Source of the DNA: Candidatus Latescibacterota bacterium
Lineage (GTDB): Bacteria > Krumholzibacteriota > Krumholzibacteriia > WVZY01 > JAKEHA01
Length of the DNA stretch: 64,000 nt
NCBI GenBank assembly: GCA_963736125.1
Contig: CAVTNQ010000005.1
Location: 192,218-256,217 of the forward strand
Direction of reading: 5' to 3'
Shown here: piece by piece, positions 28,462 through 37,477 of the stretch
Numbering within the stretch: position 1 is the stretch's first letter
Layout of the letters: every line of letters starts with the position of its first letter
Made by a program: the position numbers and the translations under genes
Notes under the pieces: generated by a model
The model's database searches: none
What the model was told of the DNA's origin: nothing
Seen by the model: the letters and a program-made list of their open reading frames with translations, nothing else

Positions 28462-29903
28462 TCGAGATCGCCCTCATCGTCGTACCGCTATTGCTAGCGG
28501 CCCTCGCGATGGCGTGGCCGTCGCAACGAACGCGACCGTGGCTCCTTCCGGTCGGCGGCGCAGCGCACGCGTTGCTCGTGTCCACGCTCTTGCTGCGGCC
28601 GCCCGCGCAGCCCTTCAGCGCGTGGCTCGGATTCGACGAATTGACGCGGGCCGTGTTGCCGATGGTTTCGATCTTGTTTCTGGTGTGCTCGATCTACGCC
28701 GTCGCGTATCTGCGGATTCGATCGAACCAATCCAACCGTGTGTTCGTCGCGATGCTGCTTTCGCTGCATGCCCTGTTCAGCTTCGCACTGCAAGCGCGTC
28801 ATCTCGGTTTGCTGTGGATTGGGGTCGAAGCCGCCACGCTGTTGACGGTTCCCCTGCTGCACTTCAACAACACCGCGCGCGCCATCGAAGCGACCTGGAA
28901 ATATCTGATCGTCGGCGGAACGGGGATCGCGCTCTCATTGCTCGGCTCGTTTTGCTTGGGCTACGCGTCGCTCCTCGGCGGCGGAAGCGGCGACCTCACC
29001 TTCGCCGGATTGGTGAGCCGGGGCTCGACACTCTCACCGCCGTGGTTGGTGGCCGCGTGGGTGTTGCTGCTCGCGGGATACGGCACGAAGATGGGACTCG
29101 CGCCGATGCACACCTGGAAGCCCGACGCGTACGGAGAAGCGCCGGGCGTCGTCGGAGCCATCCTCGCGGGCGGCGCGACAACGATCGCGTTCGTCGCCGT
29201 GCTGCGCGTGAAGCAGGTCGTGGACGCCGCGGGCGCGGGGCCGATGACGGAGCGAACGCTGCTCGTCTTCGGATTGTTTTCGATGGTGGTGGCGGCGCTG
29301 TTTCTCCTCGGCACGCGGGACTTCAAGCGAATGCTCGCTTACTCCAGCGTAGAGCACATGGGTATTCTCGCGGTGGGCGCCGCGTTTGGAGCCGCGGGTC
29401 TGTCGGCGGCATTGTTCCACGTGTGGAACAACGGCCTGACCAAGGGTGCCCTCTTCCTGAGTGCCGGCAATATTCGGCGCGCCGCGCGGGCCCGGACCGT
29501 CGACACCGTGTCCGGGATGGTGTGGTGTTCGCCAGTTTCCGCGCGCCTGCTCATCGTGGGACTCTTTGCAATCACCGCTATCCCGCCGTTCGGTCCATTC
29601 TTCAGCGAACTGCGCATCGTGGGAGCCGGACTGGAAAGGGGGCACGAGGGCGCGATCGTCGTGTTCATCATCTGCGTCTTCCTGGCGTTCCTAGGTCTCG
29701 CGCGGTTGATGTTCGCCATCGTGGATGGGCGCCCGCGCCCGCCCGCCCGCGAGGAACTTCGCGCCAGCGGCGGCGAGACAGCGGGCGTCGTGGTCCCTCC
29801 GCTGTTGTTCCTCGGCTTTTCGCTGTGGCTCGGCCTGGCCGCGCCCTCGTGGCTGCAACAATCCTGGAGCGCGGCCGCCGCGTTTCTCCACCCCGTACGA
29901 TGA
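28458..29903 (+). CDS. HyfF-like antiporter-like subunit (NuoN/M-like).
   Basis: ATGA overlap with the upstream gene. MLAYSSVEHMGILAVG...WNNGLTKGALFLSAGN are NuoM/N signatures. Confidence 0.85.
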   Translation: MIEIALIVVPLLLAALAMAWPSQRTRPWLLPVGGAAHALLVSTLLLRPPAQPFSAWLGFDELTRAVLPMVSILFLVCSIYAVAYLRIRSNQSNRVFVAMLLSLHALFSFALQARHLGLLWIGVEAATLLTVPLLHFNNTARAIEATWKYLIVGGTGIALSLLGSFCLGYASLLGGGSGDLTFAGLVSRGSTLSPPWLVAAWVLLLAGYGTKMGLAPMHTWKPDAYGEAPGVVGAILAGGATTIAFVAVLRVKQVVDAAGAGPMTERTLLVFGLFSMVVAALFLLGTRDFKRMLAYSSVEHMGILAVGAAFGAAGLSAALFHVWNNGLTKGALFLSAGNIRRAARARTVDTVSGMVWCSPVSARLLIVGLFAITAIPPFGPFFSELRIVGAGLERGHEGAIVVFIICVFLAFLGLARLMFAIVDGRPRPPAREELRASGGETAGVVVPPLLFLGFSLWLGLAAPSWLQQSWSAAAAFLHPVR

Positions 29904-31369
29904 ACACGTCGCGCGAATTCGCCGTGTCGAGAAACGGCAAGAGCCTTCCGTGGAGGGACGTGCCGGAGTGGGACCCGGACAACTTCGTTGCCGCGGTCGG
30001 CGCGCAGTTGAACGCCGGTGCGCGCCTGTGCGCGTTGTTCGGCGTGCCGGAGGGCGAGGCCACGTACCTGGTAGCTGTGGTCGCATTCGACACCACCGGC
30101 ACGCTGGCGGTCGGACGGAGCGCGCCCATCCGAGGGCGGTATCACGCGCTCACACCGCGATACCCGCAAGCGCACCTGTTCGAGCGCGAATTGTGTGAGA
30201 CGCACGGTCTCGTCCCCGAGGGTCACCCGTGGCTCAAACCGGTGCGCGCCGATACCGGCGCGGCCGCGTTCTTCGAAGTCGCAGGAGGCGAGATCCACGA
30301 GGTCGCGGTCGGTCCCGTGCACGCCGGCATCATCGAACCCGGCCACTTCCGTTTTCAATGTAACGGCGAAGAGGTGCTGTTCCTCCAAATCGCCCTGGGG
30401 TTTCAGCACCGCGGGATCGAAGCGGCGCTCTCGGGCGGCCCGCACCGGGCGACGATGAGCCAGATGGAAACTATCGCGGGAGATACGACCAGCGCCCACG
30501 CAACCGCCTACGCGATGGTGCTCGAAGCGCTCGCGAACGTGGAAACGCCGCTGCGCGCGCAGTGGATTCGTGCGATCGCACTCGAGTTGGAGCGCTTGGC
30601 CAATCACACCGGCGACCTCGGCGCGTTGGCCAACGACGTCGCGTTCTTGCCGACCTCCGCCGCGTGCGGCCGCATCCGGGGCGACTTCCTCAATCTTACC
30701 GCGACGCTATGCGGCAATCGGTTCGGGCGCGGGCTGGTGCGTCCGGGCGGGTGTCGATTGGACCTCGAGCCGGAGCGAGCGGCGCGCGTGTGGGATCAAC
30801 TGCGCATCTCGCTGGCGGAGGCGGACGAAGCCGCTTCGTGGCTGTGGGAGTCGAACTCGACGCGCACGCGCTTCGAAGGCGTCGGTGTGGTGACGAACGA
30901 GCAGGCGGAATCGTTGGGCATGGTCGGCCCGGCGGCGCGCGCGTCCGGCCTCTCGCGCGACGTGCGCGTCGATCACCCGGCCGGGTGGCATCGCTCCGCG
31001 CAGATCCCGATTGCGATCGCACCGGGCGGCGACGTCTTCGCGCGCGCGCGTGTTCGCTGGCTCGAGCTCCAACGTTCCGGCCAATTCTTGGTCGAGCAGC
31101 TCGAGTCCGCGCCGCGTGGCGAGATCCGCGTACCGCTCGCCACGCTGGCCGCGGACACGCTGTCGGTCGCGCTCGTCGAGGGCTGGCGCGGCGAAGTCTG
31201 CCACGTGGCACTCACCGACGAATCCGGTCGGCTGCGCCGATACAAGATCGTGGACCCGTCCTTCCACAACTGGTCCGCGCTCGCTATGGCCATGCGCACG
31301 CAAGCGATCTCAGATTTTCCTTTGTGCAACAAGAGCTTCAACCTTTCATACTGCGGCTTCGATCTCTGA
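29900..31369 (+). CDS. NuoC-NuoD-type fused 'large subunit' of a group-4-hydrogenase-like complex that has lost the [NiFe]-binding cysteines (Ehr-type).
   Basis: GPVHAGIIEPGHFRF is conserved. The L1 position reads ETIAGDTTSAH instead of ERxCGxCxxxH. The C-terminal L2 reads DPSFHNW instead of DPCxxC. ATGA overlap with the upstream gene. Confidence 0.8.
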   Translation: MNTSREFAVSRNGKSLPWRDVPEWDPDNFVAAVGAQLNAGARLCALFGVPEGEATYLVAVVAFDTTGTLAVGRSAPIRGRYHALTPRYPQAHLFERELCETHGLVPEGHPWLKPVRADTGAAAFFEVAGGEIHEVAVGPVHAGIIEPGHFRFQCNGEEVLFLQIALGFQHRGIEAALSGGPHRATMSQMETIAGDTTSAHATAYAMVLEALANVETPLRAQWIRAIALELERLANHTGDLGALANDVAFLPTSAACGRIRGDFLNLTATLCGNRFGRGLVRPGGCRLDLEPERAARVWDQLRISLAEADEAASWLWESNSTRTRFEGVGVVTNEQAESLGMVGPAARASGLSRDVRVDHPAGWHRSAQIPIAIAPGGDVFARARVRWLELQRSGQFLVEQLESAPRGEIRVPLATLAADTLSVALVEGWRGEVCHVALTDESGRLRRYKIVDPSFHNWSALAMAMRTQAISDFPLCNKSFNLSYCGFDL

Positions 31370-31371
31370 CC

Positions 31372-32172
31372 ATGTCTATTATAGAAACCATCAAATATCG
31401 GCTTCGGCGCGGGTGCGCGACGATGGACTATCCCGACGGCCCGGCCCCGGCCCTGCCCGACCGGCACGGCGGTGCATTGCGAGTCGAACCCTCGAAATGC
31501 GTCGACGGTTGCACGGCGTGCGAATCCGTTTGCCCCACACTCGCCATCACGCGACCGTCTGGTGGCACGGTGGCACTCGACTTGGGTCGGTGTCTGTTTT
31601 GCTCCGCGTGCGTAGAAGTTTGCCCGACGCACGCCATCACGCATACCGGCGACCACCGCATCGCCGCAATGCGTCGCGAGGACTTGATCCTCGGCGAGGG
31701 CGCCGAAGAAGTTCGCCTCGCGGGTGCCTTGGACGAGAAGTTGCGCGCGCTGTTCGGACGGTCGTTGCGCTTGCGGCAAGTTAGTGCGGGCGGGTGCAAC
31801 GGGTGCGAGAGCGACATCAACGTGCTCGGCACCATCGGCTGGGACTTGAGCCGCTTCGGCATCCAGTTCGTGGCCTCCCCCCGCCACGCCGACGGTCTGC
31901 TGGTGACCGGCCCGGTGACGCGCAACATGCGAGCTGCGCTGGAGAAGACGTACGCCGCGGTGCCGGCCCCGAAGATCGTCATCGCCGCGGGCGCTTGCGC
32001 CATCGCGGGCGGTCCATTCGTCGATCTGCCGCAGGTCGGTAACGGGGCCGCGAGTGTGGTGCCCGTCGACCTCTACATCGCCGGCTGCCCGCCCCACCCG
32101 TTGACGGTTCTCGACGGCCTGCTCCGACTCCTCGGGCGGCTGGAGGATCAACAACGCACACCGCAGCGGTAG
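31372..32172 (+). CDS. Fusion of a 2x[4Fe-4S] ferredoxin (HycF/NuoI-like) and a hydrogenase small subunit (HycG/NuoB-like).
   Basis: CVDGCTACESVCP and CLFCSACVEVCP are the ferredoxin motifs. GGCNGCE...GACAIAGGPF...GCPPHP matches the NuoB/HycG cluster-ligand pattern. Confidence 0.85.
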   Translation: MSIIETIKYRLRRGCATMDYPDGPAPALPDRHGGALRVEPSKCVDGCTACESVCPTLAITRPSGGTVALDLGRCLFCSACVEVCPTHAITHTGDHRIAAMRREDLILGEGAEEVRLAGALDEKLRALFGRSLRLRQVSAGGCNGCESDINVLGTIGWDLSRFGIQFVASPRHADGLLVTGPVTRNMRAALEKTYAAVPAPKIVIAAGACAIAGGPFVDLPQVGNGAASVVPVDLYIAGCPPHPLTVLDGLLRLLGRLEDQQRTPQR

Positions 32173-32199
32173 TTCGCACGTTGTGCTAGACTGACGGCC

Positions 32200-33312
32200 A
32201 TGCTGGACACGATTCGCACCAAGATCGAACGCGGCGAGCGCATCACGCGCGACGAGGGCCTGTTCCTCCTGCGCGATGCTCCTCTGCTCGAATTGGCCCC
32301 GCTCGCGATGGCGACGCGCTGGCGGTTGAACCCCGAGCGCCGCGTCACGTTCGTCATCGACACCAATCTCAATTACACCAACACCTGCGACGCGTTCTGC
32401 GCGTTTTGTGCGTTCTATCGGACACCGGGACAGCAGGGCGAATACACCTACACCATCGAGCAGATGATGGAGCAATTCGCACGCGCGCGTGAGATGGGCG
32501 TCACCACCGTGCTCCTGCAGGGCGGGCTCAACAGCGCGATACCGTTCGAGTACTACCTCGACTTGGTGCGCACGACACGGGAGCGTTTCCCCGACGTTCA
32601 TCCGCACTTCTTTTCGGCGCCCGAAGTGATGAAGATGACCGAAGTGTCGGGCCTATCGCTCGACGAAGTCATCGCGCGCCTCTACCGTGCCGGCCTGCGC
32701 TCGATTCCCGGCGGGGGCGCCGAGATCTTGACCGACCGCGTGAAGCAGGAGATCTCGAAGCTGTGGCCCAAGGGAACCACCAAAGATTGGGTCGACGTGC
32801 ATCGCGCCGCGCACAAGGGCGGCATGCGTTCGACCGCGACCATGATGTACGGCCACATCGAGACCGACGAAGACGTGATCGAACACTTGGACGTCGTGCG
32901 CGCGCTGCAGGACGACACCGGCGGATTCACCGCCTTCATTCCGTGGAGCTACAAGCGCGACCAGAATCCGCTCGCGCGCCGCGTGACGACCGAAGCGGGG
33001 CCCAATCGATACCTGCGCATGATCGCGGTGTCGCGCATCTACCTGGATAACATCCAGCACGTGCAGGCGTCGTGGTTCTCGGAAGGAAAGAAGACCGGTG
33101 TCGTCGCGCTCCATTTCGGCGGCGACGATTTCGGCGGCACCATCTTCGACGAAAACGTGATGCAGGAAGCCGGCTTCTATAATAGAACCACCATCGACGA
33201 GACCGTGGCACTCATACGCGACGCCGGCTTCGCCCCCGCCCAGCGCACGACGCTGTACGAGATCGTGCGGGCGTTCCCCGTGAGTGAGTTGGCGTCGTCG
33301 CGAAGCGCCTAG
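32200..33312 (+). CDS. Radical-SAM menaquinone enzyme, MqnE/MqnC family. Tentatively aminofutalosine synthase MqnE because of its CofH-like CxFCAF motif.
   Basis: NYTNTCDAFCAFCAFY (Cx3Cx2C), GGLNSAIPFEYY, and MMYGHIETDED...FIPWSYK. The assignment to E versus C is inference only. Confidence 0.85.
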   Translation: MLDTIRTKIERGERITRDEGLFLLRDAPLLELAPLAMATRWRLNPERRVTFVIDTNLNYTNTCDAFCAFCAFYRTPGQQGEYTYTIEQMMEQFARAREMGVTTVLLQGGLNSAIPFEYYLDLVRTTRERFPDVHPHFFSAPEVMKMTEVSGLSLDEVIARLYRAGLRSIPGGGAEILTDRVKQEISKLWPKGTTKDWVDVHRAAHKGGMRSTATMMYGHIETDEDVIEHLDVVRALQDDTGGFTAFIPWSYKRDQNPLARRVTTEAGPNRYLRMIAVSRIYLDNIQHVQASWFSEGKKTGVVALHFGGDDFGGTIFDENVMQEAGFYNRTTIDETVALIRDAGFAPAQRTTLYEIVRAFPVSELASSRSA

Positions 33313-33315
33313 CAG

Positions 33316-33345
33316 AAAGGCCCCGTAGGAACGGGGCCTTTCTGT
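33316..33345. terminator. Bidirectional terminator hairpin between convergent genes.
   Basis: AAAGGCCCCGT-AGGA-ACGGGGCCTTTCTGTT. Confidence 0.55.
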
Positions 33346-33351
33346 TGTGCT

Positions 33352-34482
33352 TCAATGATCGTCGGGACGCTTGGGCAGCGGTGTGGTTCCGTCGTCGTCG
33401 GGCGGCCCGATGGGAATAACGAACACCGGCCCGCCGAGTTTGTCCAAACCCCACTTGGCTAGCTCTCGAAGGTCGACCTCCTCGAACTTGACCAGCGTGA
33501 ACGTCGGATAACAATCCTCTCCGGTTTCACGCACGTGCGGGTCGTTGCACGGATCAAGCTTGCCTCCCGTGCGAATGAAATAGTCGAAGGCCATTCCATG
33601 AATCGTGTTCGTGCAGGGGTCTTCACCCGGCACCGGCTTGCGTCGTCCCCAACAATGCAGCATTGCGACTTCTCGCGCCTTCTCCGGGTCGACCGGCGGC
33701 ACCTTGCAGGATTCTGTCCCGGGCTCGGCGGGATCCGCCACTTCAGGATCGAGACAACCGTTCAGCTTGTCGAGAAACGCTTTGCACTGCGGGTTGTTCC
33801 ATCCATCTCGATTGCACTCGCCCACGAACTCGCTGACTTGCTGGCAGAGACTCTCCGATTCGCGCGTCGGACGAGCCACGCCGGTATTGCCGCCCGGGGG
33901 GACGTAGTCGCCCGGCTCAGAGGGCTCCGAGTCGGGCCCCCACATCTCGTCCGCCCAGAATTCCAACTCGGCTTTCTCCTCATCTGTCAGACCGCCCTTA
34001 GCTTTCTGGTACTGCGCGTACGCCTGGGCTCTAACCTTCTGCATCTGTGCTTTTTCGAAGTCGGCGCGTTTCTGCAAGTCGAAGGAAGCAAGTTGAGCAC
34101 CCGCCGTCAGGTACATCATGTACCACTGCTGGGCCGACGTGAACTCGGAGCTGTGTTCAACCGGCGCGTTGCTGTTCCAGTCGCCGTAACAATCCGACAA
34201 CCGAACCCCGTCGCTGCCCGGCATGAGATCGAGCGCATCCAATCCGGTTCCCGACAAGTCGGGCGGCATCAGCGTTGCGCAGTCCTTGATGGCGTCTTCG
34301 ATCTTCTTGCCGCCTTGCACCTCTTGAGCGACGCAGTCCTCGAAAGAACCTTCCTTGACCAATCGACCTGAAATCATGAGAACGAGGGGCCCGCGCCTTT
34401 GACCTGCGGATGGGGGCGAACACGTGAGCGTGGCAACGATGAGCAGGGCAAGCGGGACGCGGACGAGGAAACTCTTTCGCAT
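33352..34482 (-). CDS. Secreted/lipoprotein-like cysteine-rich hypothetical protein.
   Basis: A GGGAGG RBS precedes the ATG at 34482. The signal is MRKSFLVRVPLALLIVATLTCS. About 14 Cys are present. No known domain was recognised. Confidence 0.6.
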   Translation of the reverse strand: MRKSFLVRVPLALLIVATLTCSPPSAGQRRGPLVLMISGRLVKEGSFEDCVAQEVQGGKKIEDAIKDCATLMPPDLSGTGLDALDLMPGSDGVRLSDCYGDWNSNAPVEHSSEFTSAQQWYMMYLTAGAQLASFDLQKRADFEKAQMQKVRAQAYAQYQKAKGGLTDEEKAELEFWADEMWGPDSEPSEPGDYVPPGGNTGVARPTRESESLCQQVSEFVGECNRDGWNNPQCKAFLDKLNGCLDPEVADPAEPGTESCKVPPVDPEKAREVAMLHCWGRRKPVPGEDPCTNTIHGMAFDYFIRTGGKLDPCNDPHVRETGEDCYPTFTLVKFEEVDLRELAKWGLDKLGGPVFVIPIGPPDDDGTTPLPKRPDDH

Positions 34483-34613
34483 GGCTTTACCTCCCGGGTG
34501 AAAGACCATGTCTCCCGCGGCGAGTATAGACCCCGACCGCGCGAGCCCATACAAACATTTTGTCACCGGGGTGGGGGGCGCCGTATCCTCCCCACGAACC
34601 AGAGGAGGTCCCC

Positions 34614-35057
34614 ATGTTTGGAAAGCTGTTCTCGAGCGAAGGTGTGGCGAAAGACTTCGGGCTCTTGCTGATCCGACTCGGCATCGGCACGAGCATGTTC
34701 ATCTTTCATGGCTACGGAAAAATGAAGGGCGGCCCCGAGATGTGGGAGGGTGTGGGGGGAGCGGCTTCGAATCTCGGCATCACGTTCTTGCCGGTGGCGT
34801 GGGGCTTCATGGCCGCGTTCGCGGAGTCGGTGGGTTCGATCTTGCTCGTGCTGGGGCCGTTGTTTCGCTTCGCGACCCTGATACTCGCGTTCAACATGTT
34901 CGTCGCGTTGCTCCACCATATCAGCCTGCCCGCCGATCAACCGGGCGCGGGCTGGCAAGCGGGGTCACATGCGTTCGAGCTGATGATCGTGTACCTGGGC
35001 CTCTTCTTCACGGGGCCCGGTCGCTTCGCGGCGAAGTTGAGCAAAGCGGAACGTTAG
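34614..35057 (+). CDS. DoxX-family membrane protein.
   Basis: A GGAGG RBS is present. LLLIRLGIGTSMFIFHGYGKM is DoxX-like. 4 TM helices. Confidence 0.75.
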   Translation: MFGKLFSSEGVAKDFGLLLIRLGIGTSMFIFHGYGKMKGGPEMWEGVGGAASNLGITFLPVAWGFMAAFAESVGSILLVLGPLFRFATLILAFNMFVALLHHISLPADQPGAGWQAGSHAFELMIVYLGLFFTGPGRFAAKLSKAER

Positions 35058-35158
35058 TATTCCCGACGGGCCGTCGTCGGGCCGGCAGCGAAGCCACTCC
35101 GCGCTGGCGAAGCGCCCGCATCTGCGCTACCATCGTCTTCCCGGCGAGTGGGAGGACC

Positions 35159-35542
35159 ATGCCCGTCGCGATACAGATCGAACCGGAACACAAGCTCGTC
35201 ACCTTCGAGTGCAGCGGCACCGTCGTCTTCGACGACGTGCGCGGCGCTTTCCAAGGCATGTTCGACGACCCGCGCTTTACGCCGGGGATCAATGCGCTGT
35301 GGGATCTGCGCCACGCGTCCATCGGCGTTCGCATGCAGGAGATTCCCGGGCTCCTCGACATGATCAGCTCGCGCCAGGGCGACCGCGGCAAGGACTACCG
35401 CGTGGCGCTACTCGTATCCGCGAGCCCCGACTTCGGACTCTCGACGCTCTTCGAGATGAGTGCGCACGCGATGCCGTTCGCCGTACGCGTGTTTCGCAGT
35501 CGCACGGAAGCCACGCACTGGCTCGCGGGCGAAGAGGTGTGA
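35159..35542 (+). CDS. Hypothetical 127-aa soluble protein, possibly STAS-like.
   Basis: A GGAGG RBS is present. The codon usage is clean. No confident domain was found. Confidence 0.5.
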   Translation: MPVAIQIEPEHKLVTFECSGTVVFDDVRGAFQGMFDDPRFTPGINALWDLRHASIGVRMQEIPGLLDMISSRQGDRGKDYRVALLVSASPDFGLSTLFEMSAHAMPFAVRVFRSRTEATHWLAGEEV

Positions 35543-35546
35543 CGCG

Positions 35547-35966
35547 GTGCTGCGCTGGTTTCGCGCGGGTGCGGTCGGGCTAATGGTGGTCGCCGTGCTC
35601 CACGCGGTGGCACACTTCGGCGGACCACCGAAGGATCCCGGCGCGGTCGCACTCCAATTCGCGATGGACTCCTATCGCTACGACATCTTCGGCATGCACC
35701 CGAGCGCCGGCGACATCACGCGCAGCTTGAGCCTCGCGATATCGATCTTCCTCTTGTTCGTCGGTGTGCTCGACTTGGTCGCGGTCGCGTCGTTGTCGCA
35801 CGACGCGCGCGCGCTGCGACGACTCGCGTGGGTGAACATGGTCGGCGTGGGAGCGCTGGCGTTTCTGTTCGCCTGCTACCGCGTCCTGCCGCCGTGCGTG
35901 ATGCTGGCGGTGGTGTGCGGTCTCTTCATCGTCTGCGTGCTGCGCCCCGCACAGCGCCGGTTCTAA
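35547..35966 (+). CDS. Hypothetical small membrane protein.
   Basis: Three hydrophobic helices. GTG or ATG start at 35547 or 35583. This call is weak. Confidence 0.35.
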   Translation: MLRWFRAGAVGLMVVAVLHAVAHFGGPPKDPGAVALQFAMDSYRYDIFGMHPSAGDITRSLSLAISIFLLFVGVLDLVAVASLSHDARALRRLAWVNMVGVGALAFLFACYRVLPPCVMLAVVCGLFIVCVLRPAQRRF

Positions 35967-36010
35967 CCGGGGGGTTGGCAGGCGCGTAGGCGCGTGCTAG
36001 TATTTCCGCC

Positions 36011-37027
36011 ATGAAATCGCAAGTGGGCGCAACACCGGTCAAGCCGGCGGTTTCGGCCAAGACACCGGTCACCGCATTCCTTCGTCATCATTTCCGCCAT
36101 TTCAACGCGGCCGCGTTGATCGACGCGGCGGATGCGTACCGTCATCACCTCGACGGTGGCGGCAAGATGATGGTGACGATCGCCGGTGCCATGAGCACGG
36201 CCGAGCTCGGCATCTCGCTGGCCGAGATGATCCGCCGCGACAAGGTCCACGCCATCTCGTGCACGGGTGCCAACCTCGAGGAAGATGTCTACAACCTCAT
36301 CGCGCACGACTTCTACGAGCGCATTCCCAATTATCGCGACCTCACCCCGCACGACGAGAAGCGCCTGCTCGATCGTCATCTGAACCGAGTGACGGACACG
36401 TGCATTCCGGAAGAAGAAGCGATGCGTCGCCTGGAATCGGCGGTGCTCGAAGAGTGGATGCGCGCCGACAAGAAGGGCGAGCGTTACTTCCCGCACGAAT
36501 TCATCTTCAAGGTGATTCGCTCCGGCGCGCTCAAGCAGCACTACCAGATCGATCCGAAAGACTCGTGGATCACGGCCGCGGCGGAGAAGAACCTGCCGAT
36601 GGTCGTGCCGGGGTGGGAAGATTCGACGCTCGGGAACATGTTCGCGGCATCGATGATCCGCGGCGACGTCAAGAATCCCGGCACGCTGCGCTCCGGGGTC
36701 GAATACATGGTCGACCTCGCCAACTGGTATCAATCGACGGCGGCCAAGTCGTCGATTGGGTTTTTCCAGATTGGTGGCGGCATCGCAGGCGACTTTCCGA
36801 TTTGCGTCGTTCCCATGATCCACCAAGACCTGCGTCGCGAGACGCGCGTGTGGGGCTACTTCTGTCAGATCAGCGACTCGACCACGAGCTACGGCTCCTA
36901 CTCCGGGGCCGTGCCGAACGAAAAGATCACGTGGGGCAAGCTCGAGGTCGGCACGCCGCGCTTCGTGATCGAATCCGATGCCACCATCGTCGCCCCGCTC
37001 ATTTTCGCCATCGTCCTTGATTGGTAG
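36011..37027 (+). CDS. Deoxyhypusine synthase-like protein (homospermidine synthase family).
   Basis: TIAGAMSTAELG...SCTGANLEED...FQIGGGIAGDF are typical of the DHS-like NAD-binding family. Confidence 0.85.
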   Translation: MKSQVGATPVKPAVSAKTPVTAFLRHHFRHFNAAALIDAADAYRHHLDGGGKMMVTIAGAMSTAELGISLAEMIRRDKVHAISCTGANLEEDVYNLIAHDFYERIPNYRDLTPHDEKRLLDRHLNRVTDTCIPEEEAMRRLESAVLEEWMRADKKGERYFPHEFIFKVIRSGALKQHYQIDPKDSWITAAAEKNLPMVVPGWEDSTLGNMFAASMIRGDVKNPGTLRSGVEYMVDLANWYQSTAAKSSIGFFQIGGGIAGDFPICVVPMIHQDLRRETRVWGYFCQISDSTTSYGSYSGAVPNEKITWGKLEVGTPRFVIESDATIVAPLIFAIVLDW

Positions 37028-37033
37028 GTTGAT

Positions 37034-37477
37034 GTGCGGCGGATGTTGGAACTCGAGCCGCCCCTCGCAGTGCGAATGGCCACGCTCGCGAAGCGCGTGG
37101 TACGGGTGCTACTCGCGCTCTCGGTAGGAGCACTTGGCTGCGGCGGTTCGGGAGACCTGCCGCTCGACCAAGTCGACCCCAACGCCGCGCCCAGCAATCC
37201 CACCTACGACCAGGTCTTCGCGCTCATGCACAATAACTGCACCAACTGCCACACCGGCGGCGACGGGGGCGAATATGTGCTGACGCGGCGCGCGACCACC
37301 AGCAACGCGACTCCCGATCTGTCGAACTGCGTGCAGATCGTCGCGTTCGCCGGCGACATCCTCGACCAAGTCGATCGCGACCTGATGCCCCCGGGCGCGA
37401 TGCCGCGTTTGACTAGCGCCGAAAAGCTCCTCATTCGTCGCTGGGTAGAGAACGGAGCACCCGCACCGTGCAATTGA
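37034..37477 (+). CDS. Monoheme c-type cytochrome, probably a lipoprotein.
   Basis: The signal is LLALSVGALGCGGSG. The single CxxCH is HNNCTNCH. DLMPPGAMP is a candidate Met ligand. It overlaps the downstream gene by 10 nt. Confidence 0.65.
   Translation: MRRMLELEPPLAVRMATLAKRVVRVLLALSVGALGCGGSGDLPLDQVDPNAAPSNPTYDQVFALMHNNCTNCHTGGDGGEYVLTRRATTSNATPDLSNCVQIVAFAGDILDQVDRDLMPPGAMPRLTSAEKLLIRRWVENGAPAPCN

Noticed and set aside
29900-31369. Calling the large subunit a [NiFe] hydrogenase (HycE/HyfG)
   Set aside because: Both cysteine pairs, L1 RxCGxC and L2 DPCxxC, are replaced by ETIAGDTTSAH and DPSFHNW. The protein is hydrogenase-related but cannot be a Ni-Fe enzyme. The two C-terminal Cys (CNKSFNLSYC) lie outside the L2 position.
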